Notes: generated from the letters alone by a model not told the origin. Positions 34,868 to 43,794 are shown, numbered from the stretch's first letter. The stretch is 64,000 nucleotides of DNA from Candidatus Poribacteria bacterium (GCA_965219695.1 CBDCOJ010000016.1:32360-96359); one strand, 5' to 3'. A program made the numbers and translations.

Positions 34868-36873
34868 TTAATTTCCTCTATTTTCTTTAGCTTTGGTAAC
34901 GATTTTTTCCCAATCCCACAGGAGCACCGTCCCATCCATGCTGCCGCTGGCAAGCATTTCACCGTTATGTGAAAACACTAAAGTCTCAATTGGTTCCGTA
35001 TGACCTGTAAGATTCCCAATTACATCCCCATTTTCCACATCCAATCAGATTTCATGTGAATTGTCAACCCATCAGAACCGATTCCAAGAATAGTCTCCAT
35101 CAGGCGAGAATGTCAAGACTGGACTTAATCCCCACAATCTTGCGGGGAGTTTTGTATGTGCATCCTCTTTATCTGCATTTAAATTCCATAAATTGATACC
35201 ATGCGAACCTGCAGTCGCAAGCGTAACACCGTCAGGTGAAAATGCCACAACTTGTGCTGGTTCCATATCAGGAGGTGTAGGAGGGGTAATATCGTTCTGT
35301 GTTACTACATCCCACACTTGGGGTTTGTGATGTGATCTTAGCGCAGCAAACTTTTTCCGTCAGGTGAAAATATCAACTGCCCTCTGAACAACGGACCATT
35401 TGTGGGAAGCTGGAACAGTTCAATTCCAGTTTCAATCTGCCATATTCTAATTCCTTGCCTATCATTTGAGGCAATTATATTTTTATCTGGTGAGAATGCG
35501 GGTGCTGCTGTTATCGGACCTAGAGGCTGCAACGGTAACGGAAATTCTCTTCCTGTAGTAATCTCCCATACTTTAAGATTGTCTTTATCTTCACTATTAA
35601 TATGTGCTCCTGATCCTATTGACCTAAACGCAATCATGCCGCTGCTACCCTGACTTGCAAAGTACTTCGCATCCGGTGACAATGCAGTTGACCAAGTAGT
35701 ATCGCTATGACCACCAATAAACGTCGTTATTTCCTGAAGACTCATTAAACTCTATATCTCCACTGTTCCATTAAAAAATGCGGTTGCAAGCGTTGTGTCA
35801 TTTTCAGAAAATGCAACTGATTTGACCCACTCATTATGTGCTGTTGCAAAGGTAATGAGTTCTTCTGACGTATCTGTATTCCAAAACCGAATAGTTCCGT
35901 CAGCACTCCCGCTGGCGAGGCAACCACTAAAACGGGACGAACCTACAGGGGCAAAAGTTAGGGCATTAATGGTATTTTTATGTCCCGTCAGAGATGCTTG
36001 GACTTTTTTTGTTTCTATATCCCAGACTTTGATAACTCTACTTGCATCACCACTGGCAAGTGTCTTCCCGTCCTTAGAGAAAGCAAGTGCTGTAATCCAT
36101 CCTTCATGCCCTCTGAGTGTAGCGAGTTTTTTGTAGTTTTGGGTATCCCACAAGCGTACTGTTTTGTCTTCACTCCCACTTGCGAGGATTTTACCATCAG
36201 GTGAAAAAGCCAGCGCATGAATTTCTTTATCTTGTTGTTTGAACAGGGTTGCATGACCAATTAGAGTTCTTTTTAATTTGCCCGAGGTTGCATCCCAGAG
36301 ATGGATTTTACTGTCTTTTGCGCCAATGGCAAATAACCTACCGTCTTCTGAGAATGTGACTGCATCAAATTGCACGACTTTTCCTGATTCTGACAATTGA
36401 TTCCCTACATCCACATTCCAGTAATATATTTGACCTCGTCGGTCTAAACTAATGAGCGTTGAGCCATAGAACGCCAACGCTACTATCGAATCTTGGAGCC
36501 TGTTTAAACTAATGGAAGGCAGCTTCGAATCGGTGTTTAAGTCCCATAGCTGAATAATAGTGCTATTTGATCCACCACCTGCAAGTAAGTTTCCGTCTTG
36601 TGAGAATGCCAAAGCCTGCGCCTGCCCGGTGTGACCAGTGAACAAAGCGGTTTCTTTTCTATCCTCCACATCGTATAACCACACGCCGATGCTTGTGCCT
36701 ACTGCAAGGCGCGAGCCATCAGGCAAAAACCGCATGATATTTATCCCACCTTTGCCAAGCCGTGCAATTGCACCTTCGGGCAAACCAACTTGTGTGTTGT
36801 CTTGAGCAAAATTGGTTGAAATGGGTACTAAACTCAGAACTAAAATTGAGAAATATGTATATATCCTACTCAT
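34868..36873 (-). pseudogene. Secreted WD40 repeat gene, array member 4, multiply disrupted
   Basis: Fragments are 35752-36873, 35338-35745, 35072-35317 and about 34868-35060. An in-frame TAG at 35752-35754 replaces the conserved Trp of E(I/V)WS. At least two further frameshifts follow. Confidence 0.8.
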
Positions 36874-36977
36874 TTGTCTCTCTCTATATTAGGAAGCAGG
36901 TTATGTATTGAATGGGTAAATACAGTTAGCATCAGACAGAGCCATTTAATTGTCGAGTTTTCCCATTTAATTGTATT

Positions 36978-37113
36978 GTAGGAGGGAACTCCGGGGAATG
37001 CCATACGCGCATTCATACCCGGTAAATGACTAAACGTCATTCATACCGTTGATTTCTTGATTTGGATTCCCAACTATCATTGTGTTTTGTCGCGATTCGG
37101 AGATCGCTCCTAC
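36978..37113. mobile_element. Modular REP-bounded MITE-like element (short form)
   Basis: REP-B and REP-A act as terminal inverted repeats around two internal hairpins. It is an inverted copy of 61958-62114 and lacks a roughly 35-bp module present there. Confidence 0.8.
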
Positions 37114-37286
37114 AAGAAGAAACAGATGTAGCCTATGCGATTATTGGAGAATCGAATGGCTCTGTAGTATCAAACAAAAAACTTGAGAAAAAACAGGATT
37201 TGTGTAATACTAATAGTATATACTAAACCCCTATCACTTTCCACCCCAAAAATTTGAGACGTTCGTAAAAATTCAGGAGAATGTAT

Positions 37287-37586
37287 ATGGTTGAACATAT
37301 TGTCTTACTCAAGTTGAAGTCGGATGTCACCTCAGAACAATTGGATGCCTTGCCTGATGCTTTATTAGAAATGACTGATGAAATACCCGGTATTGAAACT
37401 ATTACTGCTGGTACTAACAACAGTCCGGAAGGCAAGAGTCAAGGATATGACTACGGATTTATAGTGCGATTTACAGACGAAGCAGCTAGAGACGCATATC
37501 TGCCGCATCCGTTTCACCAAAAAGTAGCGGGAGAACACATTCGTCCGCTCGTTGAGGACGTTCTTGTCTTTGACTATTCAGTATAA
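37287..37586 (+). CDS. Dabb (stress-responsive alpha/beta barrel) family protein
   Basis: VEHIVLLKLK...IPGI..I..G.N.S.EG...GYD.GF.V.F.D..ARD.YL.HP.H. ATG 37287 lies 6 nt after aggaga. Confidence 0.8.
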   Translation: MVEHIVLLKLKSDVTSEQLDALPDALLEMTDEIPGIETITAGTNNSPEGKSQGYDYGFIVRFTDEAARDAYLPHPFHQKVAGEHIRPLVEDVLVFDYSV

Positions 37587-37659
37587 TTTTAAATGATTCT
37601 TTGTTGTATCAATTGCAACTAAATTATAATAGATTTCATAAATTCCTTGGAGGTAATAT

Positions 37660-39048
37660 ATGAGTTGGAACATTGTCGTCGTTGTTTCAGATACACTTCG
37701 GACAGCATATTTAAGCCCTTATGGTAACGATTGGGTCCACACACCGAATTTGGCACGGTTTGCCGAAGAGGGTGTGAGGTTTACGAATGCACACCCTGAA
37801 TGTTTGCCCACAATTCCGACGCGCCGCACACTGCATACAGGCAGACGCGTCTATCCATTTAGTTCTTATAACCCTGTGCCGTGGGATAACGTCTATACTC
37901 CCGGTTGGCAGCCGATGTCTTCGGATGAACCAGCAATTGCAGAGTCGCTTGTCCGAAATGGGTATCACACAGGTTTTTTTGCCGATGTGCCACACTATTT
38001 TGTGCCCGGAATGAACTTTACACGAGGATTCCGACAGTGGCAGTTTGTTAGAGGACAAGCAGAAGATAGATACCGCGGCGGTGCTCACGCTGATCCAAGT
38101 CAAGTTTCCAGATACCGTGGCAATCCAGAACGTGTACGTTCTCATATTGTGAATGTACAACCGGAACGTGAGGAAGAAAACTGGCCCACTGCGCGATTGT
38201 TCCGTGCTGCAATTGAATTTGTAGAACATAATCATGAAAATACACCTTTTTATCTATATGTAGACGGATTTACGCCACACGAAACATGGGAAGCACCTAT
38301 CCATTACTACGACCTCTACGGTAGCAGAGAAGATCGGGAACCGATTTGCCTCAATCTGCCCTACGGTTCGCTCAAAGATGAAGAACTTGAAGATCGTCTG
38401 CCAAGTGTAAAAGCAAATTATGCTGGCTTGGTTACACTTGTAGACACGTGGTTTGGAAGATTAGTAGACACTATTGATCGGCTCGGATTACGCGATAACA
38501 CGCTGATTATTTTCCTTAGCGATCACGGCACGAACTTTGCAGAGAATCCAGATAAAGCTACTGGAAAACCCGCCAACTTCATGTATCCCGGTACGATGGA
38601 TATTCCGCTTCTCGTCCGTCATCCTTCTGGTGTTAACGCTGGCACAACTTGCGATGAATTTGTGTATACGCTTGATGTGCCTGCAACCGTTATGGCAGCA
38701 AGTCAAGTAGAACCTGCTGGTGAAATTCAGGGACAGAGTCTACTTCCTCTTGTTGAAGGAAAAAGCGGATTTACCTCACGTGAATACCTCACTTGTCGCT
38801 ATGTCAACTCCGTTTGGTATAAAGACGCGAAGAGTTGGTATTTTTCAAGTGTTGATCTCAATAATGGCACACGTCTATTTGACCTTGAGGCGGACCCAAC
38901 ATGTCAGAATAACATTACAGATCAAGGTGCTGACCGAATTTCACTTGCACATGAGCGTATTTTAGCCGATGCAGGTGGACATTTGCCGCACTATAAACGT
39001 CAAGGTAGAACGGATGCACTGGGCAGACCGCAGTTCGCTGAGGAATAA
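37660..39048 (+). CDS. Sulfatase-like (alkaline-phosphatase superfamily) hydrolase, non-canonical nucleophile motif
   Basis: 462 aa with an N-terminal VVVVSDTLR, then HPECLPTIPTRRTLHTG where C/S-x-P-x-R is expected, and later FLSDHG. There is no signal peptide. Confidence 0.7.
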   Translation: MSWNIVVVVSDTLRTAYLSPYGNDWVHTPNLARFAEEGVRFTNAHPECLPTIPTRRTLHTGRRVYPFSSYNPVPWDNVYTPGWQPMSSDEPAIAESLVRNGYHTGFFADVPHYFVPGMNFTRGFRQWQFVRGQAEDRYRGGAHADPSQVSRYRGNPERVRSHIVNVQPEREEENWPTARLFRAAIEFVEHNHENTPFYLYVDGFTPHETWEAPIHYYDLYGSREDREPICLNLPYGSLKDEELEDRLPSVKANYAGLVTLVDTWFGRLVDTIDRLGLRDNTLIIFLSDHGTNFAENPDKATGKPANFMYPGTMDIPLLVRHPSGVNAGTTCDEFVYTLDVPATVMAASQVEPAGEIQGQSLLPLVEGKSGFTSREYLTCRYVNSVWYKDAKSWYFSSVDLNNGTRLFDLEADPTCQNNITDQGADRISLAHERILADAGGHLPHYKRQGRTDALGRPQFAEE

Positions 39049-39062
39049 CATTTAGTCAAGGG

Positions 39063-39350
39063 ATGCACGTTATAAGTAAAAAAACACTGCGCGAATCTTG
39101 GGAAAAATATCCGGACAGTCAATCTTCGCTTAGACGTTGGTTTAAACTCATGAGCAAAAATTCGTTCGGAAGTTTTATTGAATTGCGCGCAGTGTTTCAA
39201 AGTGCTGATCTTGTAAATGATTTAATCGTGTTTAACATCAGTGGCAATAAGTACCGTTTGATTGCCTCTATCCATTTCAATCGAGGAAAAGTGTATGTTC
39301 GCCATGTGTTGACGCATGAAGAATATAATAAGGAAGGATGGAAAAGATGA
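39063..39350 (+). CDS. higB: Type II toxin HigB (RelE-fold mRNA interferase)
   Basis: 95 aa: MHVISKKTLRESWEKYPDS...LRRWFKLM....F.SF.ELR..F.SAD.V....VFNI.GNKYRLI..I.F....VY.R.VLTH.EY. Confidence 0.8.
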   Translation: MHVISKKTLRESWEKYPDSQSSLRRWFKLMSKNSFGSFIELRAVFQSADLVNDLIVFNISGNKYRLIASIHFNRGKVYVRHVLTHEEYNKEGWKR

Positions 39351-39745
39351 ACATCATAGCTGAAGATTTTCAAACACATTGGCACGTTGTGCAACCTCTC
39401 TTTTTAATTCGTAATGAGAAAGAATACGACAAAGCTGTTACCGTCCTAAACGAGCTGATTGACGAAGTTGGTACCGATGAAAAACACTCACTCTATGGAC
39501 TACTTGACACGCTTGGTACAGTGATACATGCCTATGAAGATAAACACCATCCAATTCCCGAATGTAGCGGAGTTGAAATGTTACAATTTTTAATGGCGGA
39601 ACATCAACTTAAACCATCAGATTTGCCTGAACTCGGCATTCCAGATACCGTTTCGGAAATTCTTGAAGGTAAACGCGAATTAACAGTCAAACACATTCAG
39701 GCTTTAGCGGTAAGATTTCAGGTTGCTCCAGCAGTGTTTGTATAA
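39347..39745 (+). CDS. higA: Antitoxin HigA (HTH, XRE-type)
   Basis: The C-terminal HTH is LKPSDLPELGIPDTVSEILEGKRELTVKHIQALAVRFQVAPAVFV, as in E. coli HigA. The ATG overlaps the higB stop (ATGA). Confidence 0.8.
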   Translation: MNIIAEDFQTHWHVVQPLFLIRNEKEYDKAVTVLNELIDEVGTDEKHSLYGLLDTLGTVIHAYEDKHHPIPECSGVEMLQFLMAEHQLKPSDLPELGIPDTVSEILEGKRELTVKHIQALAVRFQVAPAVFV

Positions 39746-39828
39746 TCACCTAAAATTTGTTTGAAAAATATACATAAGTTTCATTACCAATAAGTGTTAG
39801 TCTAAACTTACCTAAAGGAGATTAAGTT

Positions 39829-41046
39829 ATGAAACGTCTACATTCCAGACAATCTTCAATTACCATGCTTCTTGTCATCCTTGTGCTTACAATTGCTATC
39901 TCTTGGAATTCGACTGCACAAAAAACTTTATCAAGTATTTCCGGTAGAGTAATAGATGAAAATGGCAATCCGGTTGTGGGTAAAAAACTTGCAATCAAAC
40001 CTGTTACGACGGGTATGCGAGGCGAAATGGCTGCGCGTACACCTTTTTTATCTTGGTTGCGATCTGTGACTGATACTGAAGGACGTTTTACATTCCTTAA
40101 CATAGATCCTGTTTCGTCACAATTTGCGATGTTCCCGGAACACGGTTCTGATTATGAACTAATTTCCATGACAATCGGTGACTTAACCTTTCAGTCTACG
40201 GCATTTCGTAGCGGCTTGGGAACGAATTTTGGAAAATTGACCTTTGCAGTTGATCCTGACCATCACCTTGAGAATGTAATTGTTAACGTAAAAACACCGC
40301 GGACAAGGATCCGTGGACGCGTTCTTTTGCAAGATGGCACACCGCTCGCGAATGAAGAGTTATGGCTGATGGTTAGTAACTATCGTCGTTCTCCATCAGG
40401 TAGAGGTGGTGGAGGCGGAAGTTCAGGAAGAAATGTAAAGACTGATAACCAAGGTTATTTTGTCACATACAATGCAGAAGCACCTGCTGAAAACACAGTA
40501 AAGATGACTTATAAAGGGATGGTCTTACAATCAGAAAAGATCATCCTAAACGAAGGTGAACGTTACGATGACCTCGTGTTTGTCCTCAAAAACATTGATA
40601 GAATGAAAGCGCGAGAGGGAATTTGGTTAGTGAATCCTGAAAATGGACACGGATACAAAAAAATTGAATGTGATAGTTGGGAGGATGCCAAAGCAAAAGC
40701 TGCAGCTTTAGGCGCACATCTCGTCGCTATTAACGACGAAGCGGAACAGAAATGGTTAGAAGGATTGTTTCATGAGAAGTCGTTTTTTTGGATCGGCTTA
40801 AGTGTACCAGAAACCGATGATTCATGGCAGTGGGAGAATGGACAACCACTCACCTATACGAACTGGAGAAATTCAGAGGAACCTGATTATATCAACGATA
40901 ACGAAATCAAAGACCCTTTTGCACTGGGTTTCCATTCAAAGAAATGGATGGTAATTGGACCTAATAGTCCGTTCTTGTCTTCAGTGAAGAATGCAATCCT
41001 TGAAAAAGAAGGATTAAACGCGCCTACGCCTGAAGCCAATAAGTAA
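39829..41046 (+). CDS. Secreted protein: CarboxypepD_reg-like domains plus a C-terminal C-type lectin (CLECT) domain
   Basis: Signal peptide, then ISGRVIDENGNPVVGKKL. The C-terminus reads WLVNPENGHGYKKIECDSWEDAKAKAAALGAHLVAINDEAEQKWL...FWIGLS....WQWENGQPLTYTNW. Confidence 0.75.
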   Translation: MKRLHSRQSSITMLLVILVLTIAISWNSTAQKTLSSISGRVIDENGNPVVGKKLAIKPVTTGMRGEMAARTPFLSWLRSVTDTEGRFTFLNIDPVSSQFAMFPEHGSDYELISMTIGDLTFQSTAFRSGLGTNFGKLTFAVDPDHHLENVIVNVKTPRTRIRGRVLLQDGTPLANEELWLMVSNYRRSPSGRGGGGGSSGRNVKTDNQGYFVTYNAEAPAENTVKMTYKGMVLQSEKIILNEGERYDDLVFVLKNIDRMKAREGIWLVNPENGHGYKKIECDSWEDAKAKAAALGAHLVAINDEAEQKWLEGLFHEKSFFWIGLSVPETDDSWQWENGQPLTYTNWRNSEEPDYINDNEIKDPFALGFHSKKWMVIGPNSPFLSSVKNAILEKEGLNAPTPEANK

Positions 41047-41116
41047 ATGCTGGTTTTCTCTGTGTGCCCTTATTCATTGACATCAGAAATTAGTGAACTC
41101 AAAGGAGGAATTCAAC

Positions 41117-42526
41117 ATGACTCTCTTACGCATCCGTAGACATAGCAATATCGTACTATTATTATTAATCGGTGTGCTATTCCTTGCTATAGCAAACATT
41201 AGTCCTGCTGAAGAAAGTCCTTCAACATTGTCGGGACGTGTTATAACTGTAAAAGGTAATCCTGTAGCAGAAACACCTATTGTACTCTTTCACGTCAAGA
41301 TTAGAGAAAATGCAGAATTGGATACACTATACGATTCGACTTTATACCCATTTCTTCGGCAGGACCCACCCCAGATGCGACGCCATAGAATGGGGAAAAT
41401 GCCCAATGAACAAGAAAAGCAAACACGTCCACCTTTTCTAAAGACTGTTACAGATTCGGAAGGTCACTTCACATTTACGGGGATAGCCTCTGGTCTAGTG
41501 CAGATAATGGTTTTGGATGCTAATCCTCCGAAAAAAGAACCGCAACCGCCAGGTCGTGAACATCTAAATTATACGCCTCCACCTACGATGAATTCCATTA
41601 AGTTTGGAAAAGTTGCTTTTTATCCACATGAATTCTCTTTCTCCCCTGAAACTGGTGGCGTAACATTTGCTATCAAACCTGGTGCAAAGATCGAAAACGT
41701 AGAAGTAAAGATGGGATCTTATGAGAGAACTCAACTAATGGTTCAAGGCAAAATTGTATTCAAAGATGGCACACCGCTAACAAACGCATCCCTCAAAGTC
41801 AATATTGGAACGTTGAATGAAGGGGAGACAGAAGGAGATGTCTTCAGTCGTCCGATTCAGACTAATGAAAATGGAGAGTTCCGATACCCCGTGTACGCAA
41901 GCAGAATTTATTCTATGTCAATTGAACATCTTGGACTCTCTGCAATTGCAGATATGATATACCTAAAAGAAGGTGAACAGGATAAAGGTCTGGTGATAAC
42001 ACTGGACGGTAATGCTGATGAACTTACTGATCCGCCTCCAGAAAGCGATGAGGCAGAGAAGAATCGTTATCGCTACGATCCGGATATTCCTAAGGTCTGG
42101 ATCGTCAATCCTGAAAACGGGCATGCATATAGGGCAGTTCGGTGTGACAGTCGGGAAGAGGCACAAACTAAGGCAGATGCCGAAGAGGCACATCTCGTTA
42201 CGATTACCAGTGAGCAAGAACAGTTATGGCTTGAGGTGGCTTTTGGAAATCTGCCGTATTGGATTGGATTAACCTATGTTGCCTTTGGTAGCAAATGGCA
42301 ATGGGACACTGGAGAACAGCTTACGTTCACAAATTGGACATTAGAAGAATTGTCTGATCCATTTGCTTCATCTGCTTTTAGAGGCGAGGAAAGCAATTAC
42401 GCAATTATGTCAGATGATTCAAAGTGGAAGGCAGTTGATACCAGAGGCGGATTCAGGAATAGAGTACGAATGGCAGTGCTTGAGAAAGATGGTTTGCGCG
42501 CAAAGAAATTGGATGTTGAGGAATAG
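41117..42526 (+). CDS. Secreted protein with C-terminal C-type lectin domain, tandem paralog
   Basis: ATG 41117 follows aggagg. The C-terminus reads WIVNPENGHAYRAVRCDSREEAQTKADAEEAHLVTITSEQEQLWL...YWIGLT...KWQWDTGEQLTFTNW. Confidence 0.75.
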   Translation: MTLLRIRRHSNIVLLLLIGVLFLAIANISPAEESPSTLSGRVITVKGNPVAETPIVLFHVKIRENAELDTLYDSTLYPFLRQDPPQMRRHRMGKMPNEQEKQTRPPFLKTVTDSEGHFTFTGIASGLVQIMVLDANPPKKEPQPPGREHLNYTPPPTMNSIKFGKVAFYPHEFSFSPETGGVTFAIKPGAKIENVEVKMGSYERTQLMVQGKIVFKDGTPLTNASLKVNIGTLNEGETEGDVFSRPIQTNENGEFRYPVYASRIYSMSIEHLGLSAIADMIYLKEGEQDKGLVITLDGNADELTDPPPESDEAEKNRYRYDPDIPKVWIVNPENGHAYRAVRCDSREEAQTKADAEEAHLVTITSEQEQLWLEVAFGNLPYWIGLTYVAFGSKWQWDTGEQLTFTNWTLEELSDPFASSAFRGEESNYAIMSDDSKWKAVDTRGGFRNRVRMAVLEKDGLRAKKLDVEE

Positions 42527-42600
42527 ATCCATTTTCTTGTTCTCATGATTGAGTTATTCTCGATTATAGTGACCTTTAGAATTAACAGGTCATTTGTTCT

Positions 42601-42757
42601 GTGAATCAACGCCAAATGCGCTTGGCAGAATACGCGTTTGGTATTCTGCATGATTTGGCGGGAGGGAACTCCGATTCCCGACTATCAGTGCGGTTCGTCG
42701 CGATTCGGAGATCGCTCCCGCTGAATGCCAAACGCGCATTCAGCGTTGATTCACAGA
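42601..42757. repeat. Composite REP block (HP-1 variant, REP-B, REP-A rev, HP-1)
   Basis: Near-identical to 28020-28120 over the REP-B/REP-A/HP-1 part. Confidence 0.9.
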
Positions 42758-42790
42758 AAATGTGTATCTTTGATTTCAAAGTTCACTATA

Positions 42791-43719
42791 TAACCCAAGT
42801 TGCTACCTATCGCCATAAAGTTGTTTTATATTGGTTGCGATGATAAATAAAAATAGTTTCAACTCAAAACCTGTCGCAGTCCCTGCATGTATTGACTTCG
42901 GTAATAGTTGTGTAATCAGACTATTTGTCACTTCAACCCGTTTTCTGTGAAAATGTTGCAGATAAACTTCCCACGGCTCAAACTGACGCTTTGAGTTCTT
43001 TTTACGCAGCGGTCTAAAGTCAATACCGACTTCCTTCAGTGCGTCTTCAATACCATAGTTGCAATATGCTTTATCCGCAAACACCACAGAACCTTGTGGC
43101 AAATCAAATGGAAAATATCGCATACCTCGGACATCGTTCCACTTGCCAGGGGTGAAGAAAACTTCAACAATGTGCCCACTTTCAGTGACCATTAGATGCG
43201 CTTTGAGACCATAAAAGTGGCGGCGTTTACTTGCGATTTTACCACGCCATTCTTCACCTTGATAGAGACGACACCGACTAATCCGAATGTTGTCACAGAC
43301 AGAAACAGGATAGGTGTCAATCGCATAAATACCATTCGGATTATTGGATTTAGAGATTTCAGCGAAATACTCAAAAAGTATTTGAAACAAATGAGGTATC
43401 CGATGAAGTCTACGATTATATCGGGAGTGTCCCAACATATTCGGGATGTATCCAAGCGTTTTCAGAACACAGCAAGCTCTTTGATGATTGCCGCTAAAAA
43501 AGTGTGCTGCGATAATCGCAGTTGTCATCACTTCAGCATCTGTCATTTTTGCTTGTGGATGCGTTTGATGACCGAGTGAAATTAAAAGATCGTCACAAAT
43601 CGTATAAACTGCTACAATGGTTAATTCCATGGGGTTTCTCCTTCTGTTTTATTTCATAAAAACATTATAGAGAAAATCCCATGGATTTAGAAGTATTTTA
43701 TAGGTGGCAACTTAGGTTA
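42791..43719 (-). mobile_element. IS982-family insertion sequence, copy B (intact)
   Basis: 929 bp with the same IRs as copy A, in inverted orientation relative to it. Confidence 0.9.
42803..43630 (-). CDS. IS982-family DDE transposase
   Basis: 275 aa with family patterns ICDDL, IDTYPVSVCDNIR, ASKRRHFYGLKAHLMV..SG.I, FADKAYCNYG....L...GIDFRPLRKKN and RKRVEVTNSLI. Confidence 0.85.
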   Translation of the reverse strand: MELTIVAVYTICDDLLISLGHQTHPQAKMTDAEVMTTAIIAAHFFSGNHQRACCVLKTLGYIPNMLGHSRYNRRLHRIPHLFQILFEYFAEISKSNNPNGIYAIDTYPVSVCDNIRISRCRLYQGEEWRGKIASKRRHFYGLKAHLMVTESGHIVEVFFTPGKWNDVRGMRYFPFDLPQGSVVFADKAYCNYGIEDALKEVGIDFRPLRKKNSKRQFEPWEVYLQHFHRKRVEVTNSLITQLLPKSIHAGTATGFELKLFLFIIATNIKQLYGDR

Positions 43720-43794
43720 TATAGTAAAACTTACAATTAATGGACACTTCTGCAACGCAACTTAGGTTATAAATAGGGAAAAATAAGAATTCTT

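Noticed and set aside
28358-36204. Many + strand ORFs (60-170 aa) with recurring SGENA / PSGEN / LASILPSGE motifs
   Set aside because: These are antisense translations of the repeated FSPDG...LASG WD40 codons. They lie fully inside the minus-strand WD40 genes.
39829-42526. Diversity-generating retroelement targeting the C-type lectin genes (or the FGE-fold gene at 4135)
   Set aside because: The window contains no reverse transcriptase ORF. I found no second near-identical copy (template repeat) of the 3' ends of these genes by eye. A genome-wide search is still needed.
21515-43719. Bona fide composite transposon
   Set aside because: No convincing direct target-site duplication flanks the outer ends, one IS copy is frameshifted, and the flanks are AT-rich and ambiguous. 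The observation is kept only as an IS-bracketed segment.
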